This document shows, in pieces, positions 1 through 13,830 of a DNA stretch of 64,000 bases (within the stretch, counting starts at the first letter, position 1; every line of letters starts with the position of its first letter). The stretch is from Octopus bimaculoides (lineage: Eukaryota). The notes under the pieces were generated by a model. The model saw only the letters and a program-made list of their open reading frames with translations. It searched no databases and was not told the origin of the DNA. Location: positions 75,019,000 to 75,082,999 of the forward strand of contig NC_068982.1 of NCBI RefSeq assembly GCF_001194135.2, read 5' to 3'. The position numbers and the translations under genes were made by a program.

Positions 1-516
1 TTCATGATAATTTTGGGTTCTAGACAACTTATGTAGCTCAAATTAGTGCATTTTTTCATAGAAATATATGTTTACTTAGCAATTAGTTCATCCATTCCTT
101 GAAATTTTGGCTCAAACTCAATATTTGAAGCCGTAAATTCATGTTCCATTTCAGTTCTTGCTACGCAGGAATACGTCAGTTTGACAAGTAGTGTCAATAT
201 ACATTAATCCTATAAAAGCAGCCCTTTTTATTGATTTTGCACTTTATGCCATCGCATTGCCTGATTTGGTAATGGCCATATTAAATTCACAAGAAATGTT
301 TCTTTCTTATGGTAGAAATCTTGAAGAAAATATGTTCTTTTCTATGTGAAAATTAATGATAAAATTTTCCCTCTTATAATTCATAAGGATTATCTGACCA
401 ACCCCCATCAATTTTTATATCAAAATAAAGCAAAAAACAGTCCTCCTCAGAACTATCATTTTCAACACAAATCAAGTTATAGTGCTCCAGCGTATTGAAT
501 TAGAATGAGGACTTAC

Positions 517-678
517 AGTTCAGCAATAAAAAACAAAAACAGGACAAACTTTATGAATGAGTGGGAATACCAAGGTGATTGGGGGAACCTGGCATGATAT
601 GTAAGAGTCAGATTTTGACCAAAACTATATGAGAAGAAAGTCCACATCCAGAACTTTTGAATGATATATAAGTGTCGA
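517..678 (-). CDS. Candidate internal coding exon, membrane protein; weak resemblance to the steroid 5-alpha-reductase/TECR family
   Basis: Acceptor ttttcag (AG at 679-680) and donor GTAAGT (511-516) bound 162 bp, phase 2/2, open: RHLYIIQKFWMWTFFSYSFGQNLTLTYHARFPQSPWYSHSFIKFVLFLFFIAE. An alternative internal acceptor (ttcttctcatatag) keeps the same frame. The family resemblance is by eye only. Confidence 0.35.
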
Positions 679-851
679 CTGAAAACATCTATTTTGACAT
701 GAAAATGATCAAGCAAAAATCGAGCTTTTGTATGATCAAATTGTGCTTGTCTCCCTTCTATGGAGCTCTTTAGTGATACCTAGTGACAAAGGCAAAAATG
801 AGGTGATGATGTCAAGGTCTACTGGAAGAGTCTGTGACTGCAGCACAAGAC

Positions 852-913
<62 letters not shown>

Positions 914-1318
914 TGAAGAGTGGTGGTTGGGTCTGAAGTTCCGTAAACCTCAACAATAAGGGTGGACATATTCAATCATTCATTCATTGTTCAATCAAGG
1001 ATGACCTGTGACTCAACAAAATCGACAACAATCATTACTGCCACCACTTGCAATATCCCTTCAACTACTTCTCTTAACAACAGCAGCAGCACTGCTATTC
1101 CCAACAGCACTTTGTTGTGGTCATGACTTTAAACTGCATCTGGTAGTGGGTCCCTGACTCAGGGATTCCAGGGTTTTGAGGAGTGTGAAACAATGTCTTA
1201 GCCACTATTGTTCCCAGGTCTACTTTGATCCAGAGTTGCAGCACCTGTTAAGGTCCCAGTTGTGGGTTAATTAGCATATTATGGCTTACTAACCTAGTAT
1301 ATTAAGGCCTGCCAACCT

Positions 1319-1346
1319 ATTGAGAGACTGGATCCAGTCTCTCAAT
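1319..1346. repeat. Perfect 28-bp palindrome
   Basis: attgagagactgga|tccagtctctcaat is self-complementary with no loop. Confidence 0.9.
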
Positions 1347-1462
1347 TTCTCTCCCATTAACGTTTTCATGAAGAAGGACCCTGTCCAGAACTTTGGATTT
1401 TCCACTTCCCACAGCAAATTCACTGTATTCTTTTTACCAATTTCATTAATTTATACAAGGCA

Positions 1463-1880
1463 CTGTGTTGTATAATGAGTTTGCTTCCCAACCATATGGT
1501 CCTGAATTTGGTCCAACTGTATGGCAGCTTAGACAAAGGTCTTCTATTATAGCCTTGGGTTGACTAAAACCTTATTAGTGGATTTATAGATAGAAAATTG
1601 AAAGAAACTCATGTGTGTGTGTGTGTTTGTGTGTGTGTGTATGTGTGTCTCCTTGTCTTGACATTGTGTGAAAGTTTCAAAATGATTGTTAGTCATACAA
1701 GCAGTGCTGTTCATTTCCAGTATCCTGGAAGAACATGCCTGGCTATGGAGAAATATTATCTTGCTTGAAAACGGGTGAGGGTTGGTGACCAAAAGAGCAT
1801 CCAGTTGTATAAAATCTGCTTCAATAAATGTTGTCTGATCTATGCAGGCATGAAAAATTGGACATTGAAATGCTACTGAT
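1463..1880 (+). mobile_element. Composite tRNA-derived CORE-like SINE: head, (TG)n, RTE-type tail
   Basis: Head tgtgttgtataatgagtttgcttcccaacc...ggatttatagatagaaaattgaaagaa, then microsatellite, then tail ending aagagcatccagttgtataaaatctgc. Similar copies at about 3890-4330, 12470-12980 and 46035-46370. Confidence 0.75.
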
Positions 1881-2615
1881 AGCAAACCTTGTTTCCATCT
1901 ATCAAATTTTATTCACAAAGCATTGCACAATCTCAGATCATAACAGGGTACCAAACAGAGGAATGGAACCTGGAATCACATTGTTTGTGTAACAAACTTC
2001 TTAACCACACAGCCATCTCGATACCATATATATTCAATGTAGAGGTGATAGTTGTGGTGATGGTGGATCTTTGTGATGAGGATTCATTTGTTCAATCGCC
2101 TGAATTACCTGCTCCTGAATTGATTTGTAAGTGGCTGAGTATTCCCCAGACACATGTACCCTTAATGTAATTCTCAAGTAGAATTAATGTGAATTCTAGG
2201 TACAATCCACCCAAGGGCTTCTATACAGTTTCCATCTACCTAATTTCACTCACAAGATATGGATTGGCCCAAAGCTATACAAAATAACATTTTCCCAAGT
2301 TATCATACAATGGGGTCAAACCCAGGGTCTTTGACTGCAGAGTAACTCCTTAACCATTTGGTCACACTGTGCCTATATATACATATAAATGTAAATATAA
2401 TTAATGTAGGATTGTATGAACAATACAACCAGAGCATATTTGAATTCTTACATATAACTGTGTTTATTTGAGCAGTCAATGGCAACAGAGACTGTAGACA
2501 TGAATTCCAGCAATTTTATTGTACTGTGATTTCCTATTTGTTGTTGTTGTTGATGTTGGTGGTGGTGCCAGAAATTCCTACTCAAGTGTATTGACCCAAT
2601 TTTAGTGTATTGCAG

Positions 2616-2646
<31 letters not shown>

Positions 2647-2941
2647 NNNNNNNNNNNNNNNNNNNNNNNNNNNNNNNNNNNNNNNNNNNNNNNNNNNNNN
2701 NNNNNNNNNNNNNNNNNNNNNNNNNNNNNNNNNNNNNNNNNNNNNNNNNNNNNNNNNNNNNNNNNNNNNNNNNNNNNNNNNNNNNNNNNNNNNNNNNNNN
2801 NNNNNNNNNNNNNNNNNNNNNNNNNNNNNNNNNNNNNNNNNNNNNNNNNNNNNNNNNNNNNNNNNNNNNNNNNNNNNNNNNNNNNNNNNNNNNNNNNNNN
2901 NNNNNNNNNNNNNNNNNNNNNNNNNNNNNNNNNNNNNNNNN
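2647..2941. other. Assembly gap
   Basis: Run of N flanked by (TG)n. Other gaps: 20573-21073, 38185-38431, 40138-40710, 42035-42560, 56147-56798, 58072-58409. Confidence 1.
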
Positions 2942-2965
2942 TTGTGTTATGTTAATCTGAATAAA

Positions 2966-3024
<59 letters not shown>

Positions 3025-4037
3025 GATGTAATTTAATAAATGTTTCCATTAAGAGTCAGGGGGACTCCTATAAGTTTTATAGAATTCTCTGGTGTTATGC
3101 TTTTAACACATGAAAACCTTGATTATTGGCTTGATAAATTTCAACAGTTCTTCAGTTTTAACCTTTACCATTATCATTATTTTCATCACCTTCATTGTCT
3201 TTATTCTTATCTTTTCACAATCAATTATAACATTTACTTTTATCTATGTTTTACCCATGTTTATGTTTCATTTGTTTGTTAGCTTATTTTAATGTCTATT
3301 TTCCCCCATGGCTTAGATGCAAGGTGTTTGGAGTAGGATATTTATGGGTGGATGCTCTTCCTATCACCAACCCGTACCTTTTTTTCAAATAAGGGATTAT
3401 TTTATGCAAGAGGAATTTGAAAGCAGAGAGCTAGTGGGTAATTTGTTTGACAGTCCAACCATAAAATGGTGGCATCACCATTAGTGACTGAGATAGAAAT
3501 GTTGATGCCATTTTAACTGTAGACCAATGTAGGTTTTAAGCATACAAACACACACTCATGCACATGCACACACACACACATATCATGGCAGTAAGGTTGA
3601 GGAAGAGAGCCCATAGTGAATACAACCAACCTCATTTCAAGCAGTTGTAGACAACAGTAATGTTTGTTGTAAATAATATTTTAGCTGACTGAAGAGGACA
3701 TTGCCAGATGGGTAACCTCATAGTCTGTTGTAATTGCATTACATTCTACACGTGCCACAAAGGATGGTCCTGGGGATCATTCCATAACAAGATGAGATTC
3801 ACTATAAGCAGACCCACAATATTGGGATTTCTTCCTGTTGATATTTCCTTCAACAGGGAGGAACTGATATTGTTAGACAGATCTGGCATGACTGACTATG
3901 AGGTTGCTTCCCAACCACATGATTTCAGGCTCAGTCCCCCTGTGTAGTACCTTGGACAAGTGTCTTTTACTATAGTCCAAGCCTAACCAAAGCCTCGTGA
4001 ATAGATTTGGTAAACAGAGACTTAAAGAAGCTTGTTT

Positions 4038-4088
<51 letters not shown>

Positions 4089-5235
4089 GTATATTTGTGT
4101 TCCCTTGTCTTGACATAATGTGATAGTTGTAAATGAGAGTCACTGTCATACGAGCAGTGTCATTCATTTCCAATATACTGTGAAGAACATATCTGACCAT
4201 GGGAAACATTACCTCGCTTGGAAACAGATGAAGGTTGGTAACAGCAAAAAGTATCCAGCCATGGAAAAAAAATCTACTTCAATAAACTCCACCCGACCCA
4301 TGCAAACATAGAAAAGAGGGCATTAAAACAATGAAGAAGATGATGATGAGACACAAGAAACAGTCAATAACAATATAGATATGTTTCAGTACCCATGTCT
4401 CATCACTGACATAACTGTTTCTACTTTGAAACACAATTTTCTTTATTATTATAGTTTAAGTTCGATGTATCGTCACAGCAATGTATATATAATGAAGACT
4501 GAAAGAAAAACACAATTACACGAGAATTAAAGGTCAACGCATTATATATGAGCTTGATATTTATAAAATAGGCCAACATCACTGATCTTTCAAATTATCT
4601 AGATTAGCCTTTTGTTTTTTAAGTTTTCCTTTATAATTCTATAATAACTGAAAATATTATAGATTAAGTTATTTTCATGAAGTTTTATTTAAAATTTGAC
4701 TTCCTAAAATATATGTTGACATTGGTTGCTCCTTTATTATTTATTTATTTTTTTTGGTTAGACACTACATTTTACTCTATATCATCATCACCACCATCAT
4801 CACCACCACCATCATTACTACCATCACCATCACTATCATTATCCCCATCATCATTATTAGCAAGGGTGGTGGTGTTTTAATGTCACCTTTTCAGTAGACA
4901 TTAAAATGGTGCTAACATTAAAATGGGTCAGATGAAATTTTTGGAGTGAGTCTTCTAGAGAAGTACCCTTCAACCTTCACTTGTTTCCAAACAAGGTAAT
5001 ATTTTTTCCTAGTCCTTCACACACAGACAGCATGATGATAGACATGTTTCCATGGAGGATTATAAATGAAAGATACAACTTGCATAACAGAGATGTAAGT
5101 GGTGCATAGGGGTGGCTATAGTGTGTGGTGGGACAAAGATAGGCATGGGATATGAACTCAGAACATAAAGAGCCAAAAGAAATACAGCAAAGTACTTTTT
5201 CCAGTGTGCTAATGATTCAGCCAATCCATTATTTT

Positions 5236-5276
<41 letters not shown>

Positions 5277-5491
5277 TAATCCTTTCTAGTAAAGGCACAA
5301 GGCCTGAAATTTGGAGGAGAAATACAGTCAATTACATCAACCCCCAGTACTCAACTGGTACTTATTTTATTGACCTCCAAAAGGATGAAAGGCAGAGTTG
5401 ACCTCAGCAGAATTTGAACCCAGGACATGAAGACAGACGAAATAACTCTAAGCATTGCTCAGTGCACTGACAATTCTGCCAGCTAACCACC

Positions 5492-5566
<75 letters not shown>

Positions 5567-5871
5567 GTTTCTGATTTAAGCACAAGGTCAGCAAGTTTGA
5601 GGGGAGGGTGTTAGACTGGTACTTTATTTTATCAACTCCTGAGGGAGAAAAGTTAAAGCCAGTCTCAGGAGAATTTGAACTCAGGATGTAAGGACCTGGA
5701 AGAAATACCACTAGATGGGTTTTTTTTGCAATGATTTAATGATCCAACATTCCTTAATAACAATTATAATAACAAGCCAAGGAGAAAGTGAAAGTTTTCA
5801 CGCAGTTGTTCAACCTGCTAGGAATAGCAGTCAAATCTCCCTCAAACTAAATCCTACCGTCTTAAAAAGAA

Positions 5872-6295
5872 GGAATGGCTGTATGGTAAGAAATTTGCTT
5901 CTCAACCATATGGTTCTGGGGTCAGTCCTACTGCATGGTACCTTGCACAAGTGTCTTCTACTGTAAGCCTTGTGAGTGGATTTGGTAGATGGAAACTGAA
6001 AGAAGCCTGTCATATATGTATGTGTGTGTGTGTGTGTGTGTGTGTAAACTGAAAGATGACCATCATGTATGTGAGTGTCTTTGTGTCTGTGTTTGTACCC
6101 CATCACTGCTTGACAACTGAATTTGGTTTGATTACATCCCTGCAATTTAGCAGTTTGGCAAAAAGGAACTGATAGAATAAGTACCAGGCTTTAAAGAGAG
6201 AAAAATACTGGGGTCAATTCATTTGACTAAAATCCTTCAAGGCAAGTGCCCCAGCATGGCCACAGTCTAATGACTGAAACAAGTAAAAGATAGAA
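5872..6295 (+). mobile_element. Composite SINE: same CORE-like head, (TG)n, second tail type
   Basis: Head ...gtaccttgcacaagtgtcttctac...ggatttggtagatggaaactgaaagaagcc, tail ending ccccagcatggccacagtctaatgactgaaacaagtaaaag. Copies at about 27390-27790 (+), 42665-43025 (+), 43565-43990 (+) and 22084-22460 (-). Confidence 0.8.
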
Positions 6296-6494
6296 GATAT
6301 TAGGTAAGATAATCCAATATATTCTACAACCAAATAAAAGATAGAACGATCACAGTAGGAACACCTTTGATCACAGGTTTACTGGACCAGGTCTGACCTG
6401 GGGCTAAAGACAATAATAATTATAATAACCAGCAAGTCACTTCAGCAATAACTTGATAACAGAATTATTGCCCTACATGCTGAGTGAAAAAAAT

Positions 6495-6850
6495 GAAAAA
6501 TCTCTCTCTTCCTCTCTCTCACACTTTCTTTCTCTCTCTTTACTCTATCTCTTTCATTTCTCACACTTTCTCTTTCTCTCTCACACAATTTCTATTTCAC
6601 TCTCCCTCTCTCACTTTCTTTCTCTCTTTTTCTTTTTTCTCATACTTTCTCTTTCTCTCTCTCTCTCTTTTTCTCTCAAACTCTCTCTCATACACTTTAT
6701 CACACATTTCATCTTTGTTTCTCTCATTTTCTCTCTCACTCACTTTATTTCTCTCTTCCCTCTCTCTCCTCTCTCTCACTCTATCTCTCTCCCTCCCTCT
6801 CTCTCTTACTCTAACTCTTTCTCTCACTCTATCTCTCTCTCTTCTCTCAG
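6495..6850. repeat. (CT)n-rich low-complexity tract
   Basis: Long pyrimidine microsatellite; explains the S/L/F-rich pseudo-ORFs. Confidence 0.9.
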
Positions 6851-7219
6851 ATTATTAGCGTTTTGTATTTTTATATTGATCACCCTTAAAACATAATAAC
6901 AGATATAAAAAACTAATTAAGGATCTTTGTCAAGAGCTACATAGTAAAAACATGAGAGATACATGCACAGTGTATTCTTTTACCCAGAGAGCTATTATTG
7001 GCATCCAATGATAAAATGCTAAATCATGTTTACATAACAATAATCCTCACAGTAATGTTATTGTTTCATAATAAAATTATAATAATAATAAGAATTGATG
7101 ATGATGATGATAAAGTTTTTTATTTCCTTTCTTTTTTTCTTTTAAAGAATAGTTTTAAACTTTGGCCTAAGGCCAAAAATTTTATCATGATAATAATGAT
7201 GATGATAATGAAAAAAAAA

Positions 7220-7258
<39 letters not shown>

Positions 7259-7289
7259 CATAATCATATAACTATAATTATTACTAAGG

Positions 7290-7520
7290 CAGTGAGCTGG
7301 CAGAATCATTAGCATGCTGGGCAAAATACTTAGTGGCATTCTGTTTATCAATACGTTCTTAGTTCAAATTCCACCAAGTTTTAACTTAGTCTGTCATCCT
7401 TTCAGGGTTGATAAAATAAATACCAGTTGAACATTGGGAGCAATGTAATCGACTTACCCCATTCCCCAGACTTGCTGGACTTGACAGACGAAATGCTGCT
7501 AAGAATTTTGCCTGGTGTGC
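7290..7520 (+). mobile_element. tRNA-derived SINE with Nin/Deu-like central domain
   Basis: gagctggcagaatcattagc...gttcaaattcc...catcctttcagggttgataaaataaataccagt. Many copies, e.g. 5280-5490, 8000-8210, 35170-35395, 60240-60630 (all -). Confidence 0.7.
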
Positions 7521-8214
7521 AAATAATAATAATAACAACAAGAGCACTCAGAGAGTGCAAGCCTCTGCCAAGGCAACACCAACATCCTCTCAATGATTAG
7601 CCAGAGATGATTTTTGGAATGAGAATATCTGAAATAAACTCGACTGCTCTCAACAATGAGAATACTAAATATGAACCCGACCGCTCTCAAAAAATTAAGT
7701 AAAAAGACAGGAAAAATAATCCAGAATCCTTGTCTGGTAACAGGTCGATCCCAAAATCTAATCAGTTCATGCCAATCACAAGGCAAAACATCCCTGAAAG
7801 TTTCATTCAAATCCATCCAGTGGTTCTTGAGATATTTTGTCCACGAACAAACAAACAAACATCCCTAAAGAATGAAAGGCAAAATTTACTTCAGCAGTAT
7901 TTGAACACAAAATGTAAAGTGCCAGAAGAAATGCTGCTAATCATTTAGTCCAGTGCACTAATGATTCTGTTAGTTCTCTACCTTAATAATAATAATAATC
8001 CTTTTTACTAAAGGCACAAGGTCTGATATTTGAGGAGAGGGGATTAATCAATTACATCAACCCCAGTGTTTCACTGGTACTTAATTTACTGACTCCGAAA
8101 GGATGAAAGGCAAAGCTGACTTCAGCAGAATTTGAACTCAGAATGTAATGTTGGATGAAATGCCACTAAGCGTTTTGCTTGGCATGCTAATGCCAGCTCG
8201 CTGCCTTAATAATA

Positions 8215-8260
<46 letters not shown>

Positions 8261-8379
8261 AATTAACAGAATGTGTGTGTGTATAAATTAACAGAAAAAT
8301 CTAAGGCTGTGAAAGATTTCAGAACATTTATAAATAGGTCTTATAGAAAAAGCTAGATCTAAAACTAGTGCATTAACGA

Positions 8380-10060
8380 GTAAAGTGTTAAGAAGAATGC
8401 CAAATGGGAAGGGCCCAAGTCCAGATTTAGTTCAAGGGTATTAGTTAAAAATTTTAGAAACTTACATGGGAAACTGAGAGAACAGCTTCAGGGTTGCCCA
8501 AATGGAGGAGTTATACCTAATGAAATGACCAGAGGGAGAACAGTATTCCTTATGAAAGACAAAAGCAAAGGCAATATATAGCTAGTAATTATAGACCAAT
8601 CACTTGCTTACTGTTAGTGTAGAAACTTTTAATAGTGATGCTTTCAGAAATTTATGAGCATCTTGACAGTTAGAATTTACTTCTAGAAATCTAGACAGAA
8701 GAACTAGGAAGGAATTCCATATGAAGGGAGCATCTTAGTGCAGGAGTTGCTGAGACCCCCTTCGGTCATGACTGACCATGGGATTGCACCTAGAAAGTTA
8801 CGCTCTGAGGTACAAGTCCGGGCAAGGTTGTTTATGGAAGACCAGCAGTTGCCCATGCATACCGGTCTCCCTTCTCCACACCACCAGTGTTATCCAAGGG
8901 AAAAGCAAAGGCCGATACAGCTTGGCACCTGTGATGTCGCAGCTCATTTCTACAGCTGAGTGAACTGGAGCAACATGAAATAAAGTGTCTTGCTCAAGAA
9001 CACAACATGCAGCCCAGTCCAGGATTCAAACTGACAACCTCAAGATCATAAGCTCAACGCTCTAACCACTAGTGCAGGAGTAGTAATATTGTATTTATTT
9101 AGAAAGGAAGGTGGTAGAGATTAACTAGATAGAGTAGAAATAGCTTCCTATGCAATGAGAAAATTTTATTAACAGTTGCTAGTGTAACAGTAGGAGATAG
9201 GAAAATCAAAAAAGCCAAATGTAGTTAAAAAGAAGCAAGATTATCTGACTGGAAAAAGAAAGCTTTGCATAGTAGATTTTCAAAGATAGTCTCAGAAAAT
9301 AGTAATAGTGAGACATGGTTGTGGTTACAGACAGGAAAACTGAAAAGGGCAATAAAAAGTTTGTTAGTAGCAGCAGCAGATCAGGCATTGAGGACTAACG
9401 GGATAAAAGCCAAGATAGAAAAAAATCAAGTAGATTCCTAATGTAGGTTATGTAAACCAAAGGAAGAAAGCAGTGCTCATATAATTAGTGAATGTAATGT
9501 GCTGGAACCAAAGGAAAATAAGAAAAGATATGACAACCAAGGGAGAATAATCAACTGGGAGTTATGTAGAAAGCTAGGATTTGACCATACTAATAAGTGG
9601 TATGAACATGAAGCTAATGCTAGAATGTAAGAAGTATAAAATGGTGTGGGATTTTAACATTCAGGCTGACAGCATAATAAAAGCCTGAAGGCCTGATTTA
9701 GTAGTAATAGACAAAGAGAATGGAAATTGCCAAGTAATTGACTTTACAGTCCCAAATGATGAGAAAGTCAATATGAGATGTATAGAGAAAATAGCAAGGA
9801 CCCAGGACCTAGCCATTGAGTTACAGAGGCTATGGAAGGTATGGATAAAATGTATCCCTGTAGTTATAGATTTGAACAGATGGACAGAGGAAATAGATAT
9901 ACAACCTAGTTTAGAGCAGCTCCAGAAAACAGTATTATTAGGGACAGCTAAGATACTTAGGAAGATTCTTGGCATCTAAGGTTACTTGTAGTCCGGTGTT
10001 AGGAATTAGGAATTTTTCTTCTCCAACAGTTTAATCTGCCTGCGTAAATGAAATAACTTA
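8380..10060 (+). mobile_element. Decayed R4/Dong-like non-LTR retrotransposon (restriction-like endonuclease type), RT core deleted
   Basis: Frameshifted motifs RMPNGKGPSPDLVQGY, GRTVFLMKDKSKG..NYRPITCL, WKKKALHSRF, TWLWLQTGKLK..AAADQALRTN, CRLC..HIISEC zinc knuckle, PDLVVIDK endonuclease and C-terminus LQKTVLLGTAKILRKILGI*. Confidence 0.85.
8748..9069 (-). mobile_element. tRNA-derived SINE inserted into the R4-like element, 12-bp TSD
   Basis: TSD tagtgcaggagt at 8736-8747 and 9070-9081. The minus strand begins gtggttagagcgttgagcttatgatc (tRNA-like), then ttgtgttcttgagcaagacacttta. Confidence 0.85.
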
Positions 10061-11855
10061 AGCCAGTATGCTAACCACGATGATGATTTCTTTTATTGCT
10101 CACAAGGGACCAAGACACGGAAAACAATACAAGGATGAAAAGCAAACATACAAAAATGGAGTTGACTGAATTAAAAAATGTGATTAAAAAACACCTGGCA
10201 TAAAGCCACCTCATCAGTGGAAGGGATTTTCCCTTCATCCTGCAAGTTAGTTAGCCACCTCACTAATGCTGGCATCATGATAAAAGCACTTCATACACTC
10301 TATAAAGTGACCAGCATTAGGAAGGACATCCAACCATAGAAACTATGCCAAAGTAAACATTGGAGCTTGACACAGCCCTCTGGTGAGCTGAATCCTGTGA
10401 AACCATCTAACCCATGCCAACATGGAAGACAGACCTTAAATTTTGGTGATGATGCTGGAAAGGATACTGCTGCTGCTGCTACTGATGACGAGGAGGAGGA
10501 GGAGGAGACAGTGCTAATAACAATGATGATACTTCTTTTATTGATTTCCAAAGGGATGTGAAGCAAATTCACCCCCTGATGGGATTGCTTTTCACCAAGG
10601 ATCAATAAGGACAATGATAATATTAAGAAGAGCAACACCAACAATAACAATAACAACAACAACAACAACAGTTAACAGCAGCAGCAACAACAACAACAAG
10701 AATATGGCAGTTATTCAACTGCCAAGTATTCAATGCTATCAGACTTGAAATAGTTTATAGAATTTATTTTTGAACCTAAACCACTGTTGAAGATACAATA
10801 ATATATAAATAAAATACAATACAGTAAGAGGAGAAAACACACATATATAGACATATACTTTATATATACACAAGACATATTTACACACATACATAAACTC
10901 ACGTATATATATACACAAGTCACACACACACACATACATATACATCAAATATACACAAAGCATACTCAGACACATACATTATATATACACAAGACAGTCT
11001 TACATACACATATATACATCATATTTACACAAGACTTACATACATACATGCATGCATATGCTCATGCATATATACACACAAATCAATGATTATGAATGAT
11101 AAAGTGAAATAGACTTTTTCTAGATTTTTTTCTCTTGTTTTTTTTTTTTCTTATATTATATAAAGTTATATTCACAAAGATGAGTGGATAAATTAGAGTA
11201 ATATCTGGGAGGGTGGAATTAGAATGTTGGGACTGGTTACAACCTCTGTGATAATGGCATCTAAAATGGTAACTAAACTACTGAGAGAGAACAGATGGAT
11301 GGGAGGGTGGGGCAGAAAGAGAGAGAGAAACAGACGAACAGAGTGAGACAGACAGACAGAGACAGGGTAGAGAAGGAAGAGGTAAAGGAGACAAAGAAAG
11401 TTCAAAGAGGGTTTTTTTTTTGTATATTTAACTAGGTGTACCTGTGTACAGATCTCTGTGTGTGGGGGGGATAGATGTGTGTGAGAGAGAAAGAGCATAA
11501 AAGGAAGGGGAATGAGAGAGAAAAGGCAGGTAAAAGAGATGAAGTGAGTACAGAGAGGGTTTGCTTTTTTTTTTATGTATATTCAACTGTGTGCATATGT
11601 GTATGTATTTGTAGCATATGTGTCTACGTGTGTGTGTGTGTGTGTGTGTGTAGACATGTGCAAATGAGAAAGACCATAACAAAGATCAATTTATCAAAAA
11701 TTGACCAGACAAAGTGTTCTGTGTATGTATGAGGGAATTTGTGTGTGCATGTCTGCATGTGTATATGTGTTTTACATTGTATACTTGTATACATTTATGC
11801 AGATCATTAAGTTTACGAGTAGGATTTTACATCTGTGTTTCATTACATTATGTTT

Positions 11856-11897
<42 letters not shown>

Positions 11898-12693
11898 ATG
11901 TGTGTGATAAAAATTTCATCATTCTCTCTGAGAACATGAAGTAGAACAGCCTTTTCAGGCTCCACACACACACACACACACTCATAAAATATGAGAGAGT
12001 CATGGCTGGGTTGGGGTGGGGGTTAGTTAATATGGTTTCATTCTGAAAAATTCCTTTGTCAAAAAGGTAAGCTGGTTTAACAGGTAGTCCAGAGCAGAAC
12101 ATTAAACTACATCCAATGGTGAAGTACCAGTTTGGGAGATCAAGAATTTAGAGGAGAAGGGGGACATCCCTCAATCACCATTACTCACAAGTCCACACTG
12201 GCCCAAGGTGGTAGTACTTGTCAAGGGCTATATTTAGAAGTCAAATAGTTGATGGTCCTGTAGCAAAAGCATACAGAACTCAAAGGAGGGCCACTGATGT
12301 GTGAGCATGCCCTTATGTGACATGTGTCCTTCTAAGGGTTTAGATCCTTTGCTTGAAGGATAAATACTGGAGAATGGCAGACTTAACTGTAAATAAATAA
12401 GAAGGCAATGGGAAAACACTGCTGTGTGTTTCCCCAAGAGAAATCATGAATCCTTGGATTTTGGCATGGTGGTGCAGATGTGACTGAGTGGTTAAGAAGT
12501 TTACTTCCCAACCACATGGTTATAGGTTCAATCCCACTAAGTGACATCTCGGGTAAGTGTTTTCTACTATAACCCCAGGCTTTGGTCAGCCTGGGGTTAT
12601 AGTAATGGATCTGGTAGATGGAAACTGAAAGAAGCTTGGGACATATGTATATCTATATATGTATGTATGTATCCCTATGTATGTATCCCTATG

Positions 12694-12731
<38 letters not shown>

Positions 12732-13239
12732 CGTATGTGTGTGTGAGCATGTGTGTGTGTGGTGTGTATGCTTATGTCTCCTTGTCTTGACACCAAGTGA
12801 TTGTTATAAATGAATGTCATTCATTTCCAATATTCTGCAGAAGCATGTTCGGCCATGGGGAAATATTACCTTGCTGGGAAACAAGTAAGGGTTGGTGACA
12901 GGAAGGGTTTCCAGTTATAGAAAATCTGCCTCCAGATTCTATCATGCATGAAAAGTGAGCATTAAATGATGATGGTGATGATGTCCATGAGCATCAATGC
13001 CTGTAGGCATGGAACATGAAAAGTGAGAGAGAGGGGAAGATCTATCATAATAATAAATTAAACTCATACGTAAACATATGAAAACTTCAAGATGGTGTAG
13101 AGAAGGTGGGAGAAATGGCAGAGTGCTTTTCTACATACCTTGTGGTGTTTAGTTCTATTTTCTTTACATTCAAACCTTGTTGTGGTTGAATTTGCCCCAA
13201 AATACAAGCAGCCAAAATGGGGTTCGCAACCCCCATAAA

Positions 13240-13590
13240 AAGAATCTCTGGAGTAATGTTACCCAATAGGGTGTATAGCTTGGAGATCTGGGAGTCTCTT
13301 CAGGTCAAGCTGCTATTTCTCTGCACTGAGAGATAACAGTTCCAGTACTATGGACATGTAATTAGAATGTCACAAGAAAAAATCACACATGGATTCTTCA
13401 AGCCAAACCAACCAGCATGAGACCTAGGGCTAGACCAAAAACAAGGTGGTTGGATAATATCCACAGTTGGTTATGCTTGGGAATACAGCCAGGAAAGTGT
13501 AATGACAGTTGCTTCTGACAGAACTCTATGGAGGAGGGGCCTGAGGACCCTATACTCATGACCCTTTTAGGAATAAAGGATGGAGAATAT
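13240..13590 (+). mobile_element. RTE LINE 3' remnant
   Basis: Degenerate translation QYYGHVIRM...RPRARPKTRWLDNI...DRTLWRR, typical of the RTE C-terminus. A similar remnant lies at about 54810-54970 (KRPHDRPHTRWLDGI). Confidence 0.65.
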
Positions 13591-13747
13591 GGATGGGTTG
13601 TCTCACTAAGTGACATCTTGGTTAAATGTTTTCTACTATAATCCCAGGCTGACTAAAGCCTGAAGTTATAGTAGTGGATCTGGTAGATGGAAACTGAAAG
13701 AGGCCTGTCACATATGTATATTTGGATAGATGATGAACTGGTAAAAT

Positions 13748-13830
13748 TTGGTGCTACAGACTAGACAAACTAGGGTTGGTGCTACAGACTAGACAAACTA
13801 GGGTTGGTGCTACAGACTAGACAAACTAGG
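13748..13830 (+). repeat. 28-bp tandem repeat x3
   Basis: Unit ttggtgctacagactagacaaactaggg; copies identical, the last one base short. Confidence 0.95.

Noticed and set aside
4390-4498. Strong minus-strand acceptor with an LHYIYIAVTIHR frame reminiscent of TECR
   Set aside because: Stops in all frames before a donor.
13748-13830. CRISPR-like array
   Set aside because: Contiguous tandem units without spacers in a eukaryotic context.
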